DNA from: Eledone cirrhosa
Lineage: Eukaryota
Assembly: GCA_964016885.1 (NCBI GenBank)
Contig: OZ024753.1
Coordinates: 28,272,001 to 28,336,000, forward strand
DNA: 64,000 bases
Direction of reading: 5' to 3'
Shown piece after piece: positions 36,459 through 50,270 of the stretch. A program made the position numbers and the translations under genes. Under the pieces are notes generated by a model that saw only the letters and a program-made list of their open reading frames with translations, had not been told where the DNA came from and searched no databases. Position 1 is the stretch's first letter. The number at the start of each line of letters is the position of its first letter.

Positions 36459-37637
36459 ATATATTTTGTTCACCGTGTAAGGATGGTGTGGACATCAGCA
36501 TTTGAAAATATAGTCTGGATACACCGTGACTGAAAAATGAAAATAAAAAAGACTGGATGATTATGACTACAATACTCTTTATCATAAGTCTGTCCAACAA
36601 ACAAAACAATGGTAACCATATCTTAGTTAAGGTACGATACATGTACATTGAGTCTGGTTGCTTGAATCTGTGAGCCAACAAAAGTTCCTCTATGTCAGGG
36701 TTTCCCGAATTTTTTCAAACACAGAACCCTTTTTTGTTCAGAAAGTCTAATACTGTTATATGGTCATAATATAAATATACTCCTCTACCTTTTTTCATGG
36801 AATCCCAGTCAGTCCTCTGCGAAACCCACTTTGGATCCATTGCTCTATGTAGATTCTTGACTTGTTACAAATAGCTACCAAATCTCCCTACTATTTTAAA
36901 AAATTCATTGGAAAATGTAGTTTTAGATACACTAAATCTGAAAGTAAAATGGAGTCAGTCATGACTTATAGGGTTGAGCTGGGGTTAAATAACAACAATC
37001 ATTCATATGTTACTCAATATTAACCTGCTCCTCCTCTTCTTCTGCCTCCTTCTACTACCACCAAAGCCCTGACACACTGGAGAGAGGAACCCCCAACCAC
37101 CCATCCACCACACTCACACCACTCTATTGACCACACAATCAACACCACCACCACTATACTCACTTAGGTATTCTCTCCATCACTACATACAGCCCATCCT
37201 TACCAAAACTCTGACACACTGGATAGAGGAACCACCCACTACACCACACCACTCTTTTGACCACACACAATCAACGCCTACCACAACCACATAGAGAACG
37301 CCCTCATCATCATCATCAGAAAATAACATCAATGATGACCATATGAAGCAATTGTGAAAATATAGAGAATCTTATGGCAATATTATAAGATTTGTCTGAT
37401 TAAGAAGATTATTTAAAAGTTTCCACCTTCCCAAAATAGAAGCTAGACAGCTTAAAACTGAAATCCTTAATTACATAAGATTAAAGGATGGTAACAGAGG
37501 GGATGGTTGGATGGGTTGATTGAATGGTGGAGGTGGGGGGTATAAATAGTGGTTAACGTTATTGCTTTTGTTGTTGTTGTTGTTATCAGAGATATTAGTC
37601 TTTGATTAAACATCTCTGGTAATGAAACTGAAATATA

Positions 37638-37966
37638 ACTTGTTGTTGTTATTGCTGATGTTGTTTTTGTTGCTGCTGGTGCTGTTGTTGCTGCTACTGT
37701 TGTTGTTACTGCTGTTGCTGATGTTGCTGCTGTTATTGATGTTGCTGCTGCCGTTGTTGCTGCTGCCGTGCTTGTCATTGTTGTTGCTGCTGCTGCTGTT
37801 GTTGCTGCTGTTGTTGTTGCTTGTTATTGTTGTTGCTGCTGCTGCTGCTGTTGTTGTTGTTGCCGCTGTTGTTGTTGCCACTGTTGTTGCTGCTATTGTT
37901 GTTGTTGTTATTGTTTTTGTTGCTACTGTTGTTGTTGTTGTTGCTGCTGCTGCTGCTGCTACTGTT
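37638..37966. repeat. (TTG/CTG)n trinucleotide tract
   Basis: Direct observation. Similar (AAC)n tracts lie at 19700-19990 and 47300-47732. Confidence 0.95.
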
Positions 37967-40408
37967 AACTATAACATTTTAAGAGTTTATGGTGCTTATG
38001 GTTGTTGGGGAAGTCTTCTCTAATTCAGATCAGGAAGTTTCTAGTTTGATTTCTGGAGGAATCTAAATTGAATGGAGGGTTAAACCAATTTATGTTTCTC
38101 TTCCTAACTCATTTTAGGGTTGGAGCTCCTACATGCATCCTAACTTTTTGATAGCATGTGGAGGTCATCTTCTCTATGCTTGTTTCATCCCGCTTGCATG
38201 GGACGGTGAGTCCTCTGCAGTATGGCATGTTGCCAATCTACTTGATCCTGGGTCATCTCCTTCATAAGGTTCAGCAGCATACACACTGTAAAGGTGCTGG
38301 CATAAGGAAAACTATCCAATCATAGAAACAAAGTAAAAAAATGGAGTATACGAGCAATCTAGCCTCAATAAATCTTTGTTTGAATTGTGGTCTAATTCAC
38401 AATCTCTACTTAACTTTTGGAAGTAAACACATGATGTGTAACTACATTGAATTATCATGCCACCTAAGCTATTAGATGTCTAGGCTTCTGGTGCTACTCA
38501 AAAATGTAATTTATTGCTGTTGTCTCATACTGGCATATTTTCCACAAATCTAATTCTAGCTAGATAACCAGTGAAACTTTTAACAATTCAATTAGAGTTA
38601 CTGCAACAGTTATTAAAAGATAAATACTAGAGGAAAGGGAACACTCAAATTTCTTGTACAGGATACGAAGTTAGAGATTTATACATTTAGACATCATAAT
38701 TTCTGTCATAAATTACATTCTTTATGTCATAAATATAATCTTAATTTGAAAGTCTGCAGAGTCAAACTGAATATGTGTCTGTGTGTGCGTGTATGTGTGT
38801 GTGCATGTATGTGTGTGTGTGTGTGTGCATGTATGTATGTGTGTGTGTGCATGTATGTGTGTGTGTGCATGTGTGTGTGTATATGTATGTGTGTGTGTGA
38901 GTGTGTGTGTGTGAGTGTACATTATTTGTTTCCTTGATATATGGGGGGGGGGGGGGGCTTTCATTTACCACATTAAACCAACATTTTTTTCTTTTACATT
39001 GAGGGAGTTATAAAAAGGAAAACAATCTTTATTCTGCCACAACATGAATGATGTGACATAAACAGAAGAATATCAAAGGCAACTGTTTATAACAGGACCT
39101 GAACATTTGAAACTGCTTAGTTTCAAAAACAGACCAATAATTCTGCAATAGTTAACTGGTTAACTGTAAGCTATCGTAATTAAAAGCAATATCATGCAGT
39201 TGTTTAAAGAAAAAGACTCCTACTTCCTGGAGAACATTCACTGAAGAAGAATGTAAATTTTATAAATGTTCTCTGTCAATAAGATGATACAAATCAGTAT
39301 GAAGATACTGAAGTCTTGCTGTTAGAAAAGCAGAGATGAAAAGGAAGAAATGTATAAGTTATCAATGAGATATTCAAGGAGCAGAATCTGTTGTCATCAA
39401 AGAAGGTATAAAAGAAAATATAAAACATAAAATATGCTGTTAATGAAAGTGAAAGTAAAAGAAAAGTAGCTAGACTGCATAAGAAGTAAATGTTGTATTG
39501 GTCAGCAGTAACATATGTAAATAGGAACAAAGCTGAATAACAATGATATTGATATTTAAAAACTAAGATAAATGTACCAATAAAAAATAGAATAGGAAGG
39601 TTAAGAGAGAAACATTTATATAGGTATTTATTAAGATAGAACTAAACTGCTTTAGCATTATTAAGGAAGTACTTAATTTTAGGCTAGCTACTTCATAACA
39701 TTCCTTTGTCTCATCCTTAGCAGTTTGTTGTTATTTAGCCTCAAGAAAACCATGACCAAGTAGACTTTTGAAGAACGGCATTCCAGTCATGACCATCCCA
39801 TCATTTTATATTTATATTTAGGGCACTAACACCAACTACCCTGTAAAAGAAGGGAAACAATACCTAAAAAGGGGAATGTACAAGCAAGATATGGCTCGAC
39901 AACCCATATATGAAGGCATTAATCTTCAGTGCATCTAGGCATCTTATGTCGCCGATAGAGTAATCTCCTCTTAATACATAATACAGAGTCAAGGGAAGCA
40001 ATTCATAACAAAATTTAGCGTGCTAAAGATTAACTGGGAATATATATTACACATTTTGCAAAATTCATGATGTAAAATTGTGTGTGGAAACAGATTTTGT
40101 TATATTTGGGAGTAGTCATGTTGCTCTATTTGACTTTCAGTTCAGCTTTATTATTAGTTATCGGTTAGTTTGTCAAAGATCTTTCGTCACACATTTTGTG
40201 ATATCCCCAATGACTATTTGGTCTTCTTCTCTGTGCCTCCTCTTCTTTATGGTTTTATTTTGTTTAATCCAGACAAGATAGAGGACTCTATTAAGAGTAT
40301 TCTGTGGAATACTCATTCACTTGCACATTAATTTCATGAGCAGGATGATCTATTGATCATATCAACTAGAACACTTGTCATCAGAACTGATGGAGGGCTA
40401 AAACTCCA

Positions 40409-40442
<34 letters not shown>

Positions 40443-40476
40443 ATTAGAATTTAGCTTCGACATATGTATATATATA

Positions 40477-40810
40477 TCATCATCATCATTTTACGTCCGC
40501 TTTTCCCTGCTTGCAAGGGTGGGACGGGAACTGATTCTGGTTTGATTTCTACAGCTGGATGCCCTTCCTAACACCAACCTCATTTACAGTGAGTGCTGGG
40601 TGCTTTTTTGCCATGGCACCTCCACGACCACTTTGCAGTGGAATGATAGGGACCCCAGTCCCTATCATCTCATTTCTACAGCTGAGTGAACTGGAGCAAT
40701 GTGAAATAAAGTGTCTTGCTCAAGGAAACAACACATCACCCGGTCCGAGAATTGAACTCACAACCTTTCGATTGCAAGGCCAATGCTCTAACCACTAAGC
40801 CATGTGCCTC
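40477..40810 (-). mobile_element. Family A SINE, complete
   Basis: Reverse complement of 16559-16949. Tail matches the intact LINE 3' end. Confidence 0.92.
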
Positions 40811-40933
40811 TCTCTCTCTCTGGACAGAAATAGCCGTCAAAACGGCTTGAGCTCTGCCGTCAGGGTCATACTTTTTCCTATATATATATATAAAAGAAAA
40901 ATGGAGTGCTGCGTGGTTACATATGAATAAAAT

Positions 40934-41573
40934 TAGTCCTTCATCAGTGATCTTCCAACCTTCATTGGTATTTCATGACTTTAAAAATCATATACCTCTG
41001 GTTGGTGCGAGCAATAACTAAATAAAGTTATTGGGACAAGTAAAATAGGGTGAAACGAGCGAGGCATGTAAACAAACAAAGATGGTATTGCAACGGAAAG
41101 ATAGGAAGAGACAAGTACATGATATCTGTAAGCTTAAGCTTGGTGAAGTCATGGACGAGAGATACAGACCATCCGACATGGGTGAGATGTGAGCGAGAAA
41201 AGGATTTCACACAGGTCAAATGGGAGAAAGTGAGAGAGGGGCCACTCACTCACTCTCTGCTTCTCCTCCCCTCTCACTTCCTCCCATTTGACCTGTGTGA
41301 AATCCTTTTCTCGCTCACATCTCACCCATGTCGGATGGTCTGTATCTCTCGTCCATGATTTCACCAAGCTTAAGCTTATAGATATCATGTACTTGTCTCT
41401 TCCTATCTTTCCGTTGCACTACCATCTTTGTTTGTTTACATGTCTCGCTCGCTTCACCCTATTTTACTTGTCCCAATAACTTTATTTAGTTATTGCTCGC
41501 ACCAACCAGAGGTATATGATTTTTAAAGTCATGAAATACCAATGAAGGTTGGAAGATCACTGATGAAGGACTA
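40934..41573. repeat. Long inverted repeat, ~305-bp arms and ~26-bp spacer
   Basis: The arms are near-identical reverse complements (mirror ORFs 41050-41358 and 41149-41388). Both outer ends read CTGATGAAGGACTA. Confidence 0.95.
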
Positions 41574-42462
41574 CATTCATATGATTTATTGATTTATTGA
41601 TATTTTATCTGAGTGACCCGAATCTTCCTGATCGTAATTTTTCGGTCGTATGGGTGATTTTAGACATAATCTTTGTGTGTTGGTATTTTAACGATAGTTA
41701 TAGCTCTGATTTATCTGAATTATTGAGCCCTCTGCCACTCATGTCGAATTTTGTTTATCGTGAACTCGTGCGCCGATTTTTTGATACTCGATTATTCTAC
41801 TATATAAAATATATATATATATTAAATTAGAATTTAGAATATATATATAAAATTAGAATTTAGCTTCGACATATGTGTGTATATATATATATATTTATAA
41901 TAACGCACACACACAAATGTATATATATATATATATATATACATACCTTTGTGTGTGTGTGTTATTATAAATAATTTCTCTACACAGTTGTATGCTACCT
42001 ATGGTTTCAAAGTGTGCTCTAGTGTAGGCCATAGAAATACTATATCTGATAGAGTTGGTTATGTATATATATATATATATACATATACATAAAAAAACCA
42101 TACCAGATATATATATATATATAAATGTGTGTGTGTGTGTATACATATGAATTGTGTTTGTGTCTTTGTGATTTAGTAAGCGTGTATTTGTGAGTAAGAT
42201 GCATAAATTCATTTGAAATAAAAATATAGAAATGTAAAGTTGAAACACATGACTGTCGGAGAAAGTTATTTACATTTAAAGAATGTTTCTATGCTGGTTA
42301 TAAATTTCTAAACATTTTCATAAGACACCAGCCACACATAACTTGTTTTGATGTGTATTTGTATGTGTAAGTATGTGTGTCTGTGTGTGTGTGTGTGTGT
42401 TTATGTGTGCTTGTGTCTATGTGTATATACATATGTATGCATATAGATATATATTTGTGTGA

Positions 42463-42511
<49 letters not shown>

Positions 42512-42537
42512 TGTTTATATATGATATATATGTATGA

Positions 42538-42578
<41 letters not shown>

Positions 42579-42976
42579 ACATATATATATATGCATGTAT
42601 GTGTGTGTATATAGATATAAGCTTGCAATGATACATAACTTATATGTATATGTACATGTGCATGTATATTTATGTATGTATGTATGATGTTTGTATGCAT
42701 GTATGTATGTGTATATACATGCATACAAACATCATACATACATACATACATACATAAATATTTATGTGCATATGTATGCATGTGTATGTGCATGTGTGTG
42801 TATGTGCATGTGTGTGTTTTGTACATCTTCCATTAGAAATGTTTGCAGGATGAATTTATTTAAGCCAGGCAGAGAAGCTAAAAGTGGTTGGTTGTAAGAT
42901 AAATTAATCATTGGAGACTGTGACTTGAGGTGAGGGGGGGGAGGTAGTGATGATGAGAATACCTAAGTGAGTATAG

Positions 42977-43858
42977 TGGTGGCGGTGGTGTAGATTGTGT
43001 GGCCAATAGAGTGGTGGTGGCGGTGGTGTAGATTGTGTGGTCAATAGAGTGGCGGTGGTGTAGTTTGTGTGGTCAATAGAGTGGTGGTGGTGTAGTTTGT
43101 GTGGTCAATAGAGTGGCGGTGGTGTAGTTTGTGTGGTCAATAGAGTGGTGGTGGTGTAGTTTGTGTGGTCAATAGAGTGGCGGTGGTGTAGTTTGTGTGG
43201 TCAATAGAGTGGCGGTGGTGTAGTTTGTGTGGTCAATAGAGTGGTGGTGGTGTAGTTTGTGTGGTCAATAGAGTGGCGGTGGTGTAGTTTGTGTGGTCAA
43301 TAGAGTGGCGGTGGTGTAGTTTGTGTGGTCAATAGAGTGGCGGTGGTGTAGTTTGTGTGGTCAATAGAGTGGCGGTGGTGTAGTTTGTGTGGTCAATAGA
43401 GTGGCGGTGGTGTAGTTTGTGTGGTCAATAGAGTGGTGGTGGTGTAGTTTGTGTGGTCAATAGAGTGGCGGTGGTGTAGTTTGTGTGGTCAATAGAGTGG
43501 CGGTGGTGTAGTTTGTGTGGTCAATAGAGTGGTGGTGGTGTAGTTTGTGTGGTCAATAGAGTGGTGGTGGTGTAGTTTGTGTGGTCAATAGAGTGGCGGT
43601 GGTGTAGTTTGTGTGGTCAATAGAGTGGTGGTGGTGTAGTTTGTGTGGTCAATAGAGTGGTGGTGGTGTAGTTTGTGTGGTCAATAGAGTGGCGGTGGTG
43701 TAGTTTGTGTGGTCAATAGAGTGGCGGTGGTGTAGTTTGTGTGGTCAATAGAGTGGTGGTGGTGTAGTTTGTGTGGTCAATAGAGTGGTGGTGGTGTAGT
43801 TTGTGTGGTCAATAGAGTGGTGGTGGTGTAGTTTGTGTGGTCAATAGAGTGGTGGTGG
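42977..43858. repeat. 32-bp minisatellite, ~27 copies
   Basis: Unit GTGG(C/T)GGTGGTGTAGTTTGTGTGGTCAATAGA. Confidence 0.97.
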
Positions 43859-44151
43859 CAGCATGGTGTGGGTGGTCAATACAGTGACATGGAGTGGCTC
43901 CCCTCACCTGTGTGTTAGGGGGTTTTGGGGGGCGAGGGGACTGTAGTGATGGTGAGCTGGGGTAGGAGTGCAGAAGTGGGGAGGGAGTAGCTACTAGGGT
44001 GTGACAGTGAGAGTATCTAAGGACTTTAGATGAGAAGAAGAATAGACAGACCTGTTGACTCTCCCCACCCCACCGGGAGATCTCCCACCCACTTTGGGGT
44101 GGGTGAGAGTTGTCTTCTCTTGTGAAAATGGGTACAGATTTCATTATGTGG

Positions 44152-44338
44152 TGGTTTGGCAGTATCGATAGAGGGTCGGACCCCATGCTTTGCAGCAAAG
44201 AGTTACGGCCCTTTATGGTCTGAGTTCAAATCCCGCCGAGGTTAACTTTGCCTTTCATCCTTACGGGGTCGATAAAATAAAGTACCAGTAATGCACTGGG
44301 ATAATTGCTGGCCTTGTGCCTAAAGTAGAAACAATTAT
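44152..44338 (+). mobile_element. Meta-like SINE
   Basis: Near-identical to 9052-9234. Further copies lie at 57510-57616 (+) and 61757-61938 (-). Confidence 0.88.
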
Positions 44339-44714
44339 GTAAAATCCCCCATTTTACCTGTTTTGGGGCACTTTTTTTCATACATACATGCATATACACA
44401 CATATATATATACACATATACACATACATGCATATACACACATATATATATACACATACACACATACATACATGCATATACACACATATATATATACACA
44501 TACACACATACATATACACATATATATATATACACATACACACATACATGCATATACACATATATATATATACACATACACACATACATACATATACACA
44601 TATATATATATACACATACACACATACATGCATATACACATATATATATACACATACACACATACATACATATACACATATATATATATACACATACACA
44701 CATACATACATATA

Positions 44715-45107
44715 CGAGGGTAATCCCAAAAGTAAGGTCTCCAAAGCGATGGGAATGCAGAGAAACTGTTCATACGGCTGTTGGCAACACTGTTGTGATT
44801 GGTGCTTCCTTCACGCCCAAACAAGCATGTGCGCGCTTCGCTGGGATGCTCAATCTTGGCTTGGCAGCCATTGAGAATGGAGCTCCCGTTGAATGTTACA
44901 GCCAAGTGCAAATTTCACGCAGTTATTATATAGAGGCCAATGCCAAAAGTAAGGTCTCCTTCCGAGGAAAACATGCATAAAGATCGGCGGATCACTCTGG
45001 ATGCTCTCTGCAGTTTGGTTCCTGAGGTTTCCTGAAGCACCATCCACAGGATTTTAATGGAAAAGTTGCAATATCGGAAGGAGACCTTACTTTTGGGATT
45101 GCCCTCG
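44715..45107 (+). mobile_element. mariner (CGAGGG-type TIR) non-autonomous element
   Basis: TA-CGAGGGTAATCCCAAAAGTAAGGTCTCC ... GGAGACCTTACTTTTGGGATTGCCCTCG-TA. A third TIR copy sits at ~44932, just after a short transposase-like start MELPLNVTAKCKFHAVI. Confidence 0.85.
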
Positions 45108-45671
45108 TATATATATAAACATACATACATATGTACACACATACACATACATGCACATACATACATACATACATACACATACATACATACACACACATAC
45201 ATACACATACACATTCATACATATATACATACATATATACATACATACACATACATACACACACACATACATACACACATACATACATACATACACATAC
45301 ATACACACACATACATAAATACACATACAAACACATACATACACAAAAATACATCCACGCATACATACCTACATACATATATACACATAATTACACACAT
45401 ACATACACACACACACATACATACATATATACACACATAATTACACACACACACAGCCAAACTATAGTCCTCTCACAATGCCATTTATATATTTTATTTG
45501 TCAAAGTATTTCAAGAAGGTTTTGAGGAATCTAGAAACAATGAGATCTTAATGGTTAAACTTGGCATCATTTACATTTTTTTGTAGTTTTACCATCTTGC
45601 TCATTCTTCTCCATATTTGTGTAGTTTTATTTATTGTCTATTTATGCCTTCCTTTAACTATCTACCCCCCC

Positions 45672-45715
<44 letters not shown>

Positions 45716-45834
45716 GCCAGCACCAACAGTTTTGCAAGAGATGTCAACATGAATGGACCTGTTATTTTTATCTAAAGACATTTTTTCCAATTCCAACCCG
45801 CCCGTCTCCTCAATCTATCTTATTTCTCATTCTT

Positions 45835-45870
45835 TCTTCTGATGAAGGACTAGCGTCCGAAACGTTAAGA
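45835..45870 (+). ncRNA. Minimal type I hammerhead ribozyme (family B Penelope-like end 45716-45955)
   Basis: TCTT CTGATGA A GGAC TAGC GTCC GAAA C G TT AAGA: stem I TCTT/AAGA, stem II GGAC/GTCC, palindromic ACGT stem III. Confidence 0.8.
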
Positions 45871-45989
45871 CTCTCTTCCTGCTATATCAAGCGTTAACCT
45901 AATATATCCCTTCCATATACTGTACCGAGTATGTTGTTATTTCTGTTTACCTTTTATACACATACACACACACATATATATATATATAT

Positions 45990-46603
45990 AGAAAAACCTG
46001 GGACGACATGATAAATTCCGACCTCACACACTTACACCTTTCCAAGACAATGTCACTGAACCGAGACCTTTGGCGGTACTCAGTAATAGAGAAGACCCGC
46101 CTTACCTAAATACAAAGTAAAACCTACTACAGTCAGTAGGCATCTCTATCAAAACACACCCCCGTCCCATCCACACCGCCCCTTTCAATGTAAAGTTATG
46201 TTGGTGCCACAACATCCAGGCCGAAACAAATGAGATCGTGTAGGTGTCACGACAAAAAAAAACACACAGTCCACGCTGTAAATGTGGCCGTGTAGGCAAC
46301 ACGGTAAAAACCTCCCAGCCCCACATTGTAAATGTGGTTGGTGTTAGGAAGGGCATCCAGCTGTAGAAAACCCGCCAGGCAGTCCACGCTGTAATGTGGC
46401 CCTGTAGGCAACACGGTAAAAACCTCCCAGCCCCACACTGTAAATGTGGTTGGTGTTAGGAAGGGCATCCAGCTGTAGAAAACCCGCCAGACAGTCCTAT
46501 GCGAGCAAGACAACCACTCTTGCCTCAAGTGGGAAAACCCCCGTCCAAACCCATGCAAGCGTGGAACACGGACGCTAAACCTTGATGATGATGATGATGA
46601 TGA
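45990..46603 (+). mobile_element. Family D RTE 3' end with internal ~110-bp duplication
   Basis: Collinear with 33660-34190. The module plus GTTAGGAAGGGCATCC motif is present twice. Confidence 0.88.
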
Positions 46604-48290
46604 TATATATATATGTGTGTATGTATATATATTTACATTAACATCATTTAACATCCTTTTTCCCTGCTAGCAAGGATTGGACGGGGAGACACATACACAT
46701 ACACACACACATATATATATATATAACAAAGGAGTTGTGGTGAGGAACCAGATGGACCATAACGCACCAGAGTACTCAATACTTAGGTTAGTAGAGTGGG
46801 TAATAAATTCTAATTTAGTCCAGAAATAGCCGTCGAAACGGCTTGGGCTCTGCCGTCGGGGTCAAACATTTTCCTATATATATATATAACAAAGGAGTGT
46901 GGGAAGGAACCAGATGGACCATAACGTACCAGAGTACTCAATACTTAGGGTAGGAACATGTTTATATATATATATAGATATATAGATAACTGTGTAATTA
47001 TGTATATATATAGAAATAAATATATGTGTAAGTATATATATATATATATATATATATCACTCTCTCTCTCCCCCTCCCTCTCTCTCTCTCGTGCCTTTCT
47101 TTCTCTCTTTCATGTTTCTCAACAGTTTATTTGTTCTATAATATTGTTATAGTTTACCATTTTGGAGGATTCTGTTGTTGTTGTTGTTTGTGTATCATTT
47201 GTTTACTCATTCGTCCCCCCCCCCCTCCTATATGTTTATCGATCTTATAAGTATTAATATTGGTAGACATGATGAAATGTCTAGTTGGGATGGACATGAA
47301 ATACAACAAAAACATCAACAATGACAACACCAGTAACAACAACAACAACAGTAACAACAACAATAACAGTAACAACAGTAACAACAGCACCAACAACAAC
47401 AACAGTAACAACAGTAACAACAACAACAACAGTAACAACAGTAACAACAGCACCAACAACAATAACAACAACAGTAACAATAACAGTAACAACAGTAACA
47501 ACAACAACAACAGTAACAACAACAGTAACAACAGTAACAACATCAATAACAGTAACAACAACAACAACAGTAACAACAACAGTAACAGCAGTAACAACAG
47601 CACCAACAACAATAACAACAACAGTAACAACAGTAACAACAGTAACAACATCAATAACAGTAACAACAACAGTAACAACAGTAACAACAACAACAACAAC
47701 AACAATAACAACAGCACCAGTAACAATAACAATGTTTTCTCATGTGAATAACAAAGCATGAATGAACTGAGAGAGAAAAACTGTGTATAAGAGGAATGAG
47801 ATGTAGTGTATAAGAGAGAAGACAGAGCTGGTACAGACATGTGATGCTTATGAAGGATAAGAGTTGGATAAAGACAGGTCAAGTGATGAAAGTAGAAGAA
47901 AGATGTGAAGGAGGAAGATGCTGGAAGAAGTAGGGAAAGATGTAATTAGTGGCAAGACATTGTGCTGGAGAAGTAAACCTAACCAACCCACGCAAGCAGG
48001 AAAATATAGATATATAGAATAAAGATGATAGTATACACATGGAAACATACACATGCGCACATACTCACATACACATGTACATATACACACATGGTCACAC
48101 ACATGTACACACATGCACACAATGCATACATATGCTTACATACATGCATACGTATACACCCATACATGCACACATATGCATACACACATGTATACATATG
48201 CACACATACATGCATATGTATAAACACATGCATATATATATATAACCCTTGCAAGCCGGGAGAAGCGGATGTAAAATGATGATGATGATG

Positions 48291-48321
<31 letters not shown>

Positions 48322-48387
48322 TATGTGTGTTTATATGTATGCATACGTATGCATGTAAGTGTACATATCTGTGTGTATATATATATA

Positions 48388-48797
48388 TGGGAGAGATGAC
48401 CCCTTAGCCTTTGTCAAGGCAGAATTCTAGGAGAAGGAAAACTCTGATATAACACCTGCAACCCTGATGGTATCCAATGATGTTGACTTGTTCTTCTTTT
48501 TGGTAAATATCATCTTGGTTAAGAGAGTGGGACTGGCTTTGTGCAGTGCCTTTGCTCACTATAAAAGCTTCACGGCACAGGCATTGCTTTATATCTGGAG
48601 ATCTCTCTGCACTTGTCATCACATGGTACCATGGGCCCAGCACTATGTCAATCATTGTCACAAGTGTAGTGTTTGTACCAGAGTTTTCAAGTCACTGGCT
48701 GGACTGAAAAGTCACACTCGTTCAGCGCATCGGTAGGGGTTCTCCTACATGGATATAAAGTAGTGGCCGTAGTCGAAAACGAGTTGGCAGCCACCAT
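48388..48797 (+). mobile_element. Internally deleted RTE (BovB-like) element ending in a C2H2 finger
   Basis: 5'UTR-type CTAGGAGAAGGAAAACTCTG and C-terminal HKCSVCTRVFKSLAGLKSHTRSAHR*. Flanked by (TA)n. Confidence 0.6.
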
Positions 48798-49545
48798 ATA
48801 TATATATATATATGTTTATAACAGAAATAAATATATATATATATATATATATGTTTATACCAGAAACAACTTTACATTAAAAACCTCTATATTGGAGAGA
48901 CAGCTGTGTTTGAGTTTAAACACAAAGAATTAATAAGAAAATATGAAAAAAAATCTTTCCTAAAAAGCCTCAACTGAAACATAGTGTCTGCTATATAACA
49001 CATATATTATGTTGTATCTATTTCAATATTTAGCTTAATTTGATATTGAAGTGTCTCTACATATTACCTTATATTTATGTATCATTATATTGCTTGAAAC
49101 CTGATGGGCTTTTTTTTTCACTTTCATTGAACTTTCTGCTAATCAGTTTGTACAAAAAAAAAAAAAAGAAAATACTTTCATTATTATTGCAAGCTTTTTA
49201 TTCCTGTAGTTTACTATGCTGTGTTGTATATATATATATATATATATATATATGATATATATATATACAGCATAGCATAGTAAACTATAGGAATAAAAAG
49301 CTCTCTGTATGTGTATATATATATATGTGTGTGTGTGCATATCTATATATATCTATATATATATATAGATATATATATATGCACACACACAGACACAGAC
49401 ATACAGACATACACACAGACACACACACACACACACACAGACACACATATACACACATGCACACAGACACATACACACACACATATACATGCACAGACAT
49501 ACACTGATGCAGACACAGACACATACATACATACACATATATATA

Positions 49546-49597
<52 letters not shown>

Positions 49598-49629
49598 ATA
49601 TATATATATATATAATAAGGGTTTAGATC

Positions 49630-50270
49630 AATATATATATAGATGATCTTGATTTTCTTGAGCTTGCAATGCTTTATTAAGCTGCAAAGTCATCTACTGC
49701 TAGCTTTAAACCTTTTCTTATTCTCCTCAACCAGCTCAGTGGTTCATATAGGTTAAGTGCAGTTTCATACAGAATGTCTCCATCAACAGAGACATACTTC
49801 TGCATTATATTCCCTAATTATACAATATATTCTCCATCATGAATCAGAGACACAACTTTGCTGTTTCAGTCTAAACACTCTTCTGCAAATTTCATTTTTT
49901 CTTTATTCTAAGTATGATTATTAGAATCCATCACTCTGATTGATTGATCGACAAGATCCAATCCCCCATCTGCTTGCGATCTGCTTGCCAGGGAAACAAT
50001 GTTACTATTGGTCTTTCCATTGCTGATACTATCTACTGGTCGCAACTTGAACTCGCAACCTCACGATTGCGAATCCAACTCTCTAACCACTAAGCCACTC
50101 ACCTTCACTAACTCAATACTTTGTCTTTCTCTGAGCTGCTTTGGTCAGTGACATCGTCTTCAATTGATCTAATACTTACCATTCTTGTTGAAGACTTAGA
50201 ACTTCTAGAGTCTTTTTTTTATTGACGTCCTGAGTAGTTTTATTGCCTAACATATTTAGAGTCATTTCTC
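49630..50270 (-). pseudogene. Tigger/pogo transposase N-terminal fossil interrupted by a SINE
   Basis: KKKTLEVLSLQQE..VLDQLK (psq-HTH-like) and QKYVSVDGDILYETALNLY...FKASSR (CENP-B HTH-like), with stops. Confidence 0.6.

Noticed and set aside
39865-39971. Minus-strand exon candidate GDYSIGDIRCLDALKINAFIYG...
   Set aside because: The only open frame ends in a stop at the donor, and there is no supporting homology.
44226-45586. Many long ORFs rich in Y/I/H/T/C/V or poly-L/N/V (also 30845, 37622, 47154, 63001)
   Set aside because: They are translations of microsatellites and minisatellites, not genes.
50177-50247. Exon-like segment with GTAAGT donor on the minus strand
   Set aside because: The open frame is part of the Tigger transposase fossil.
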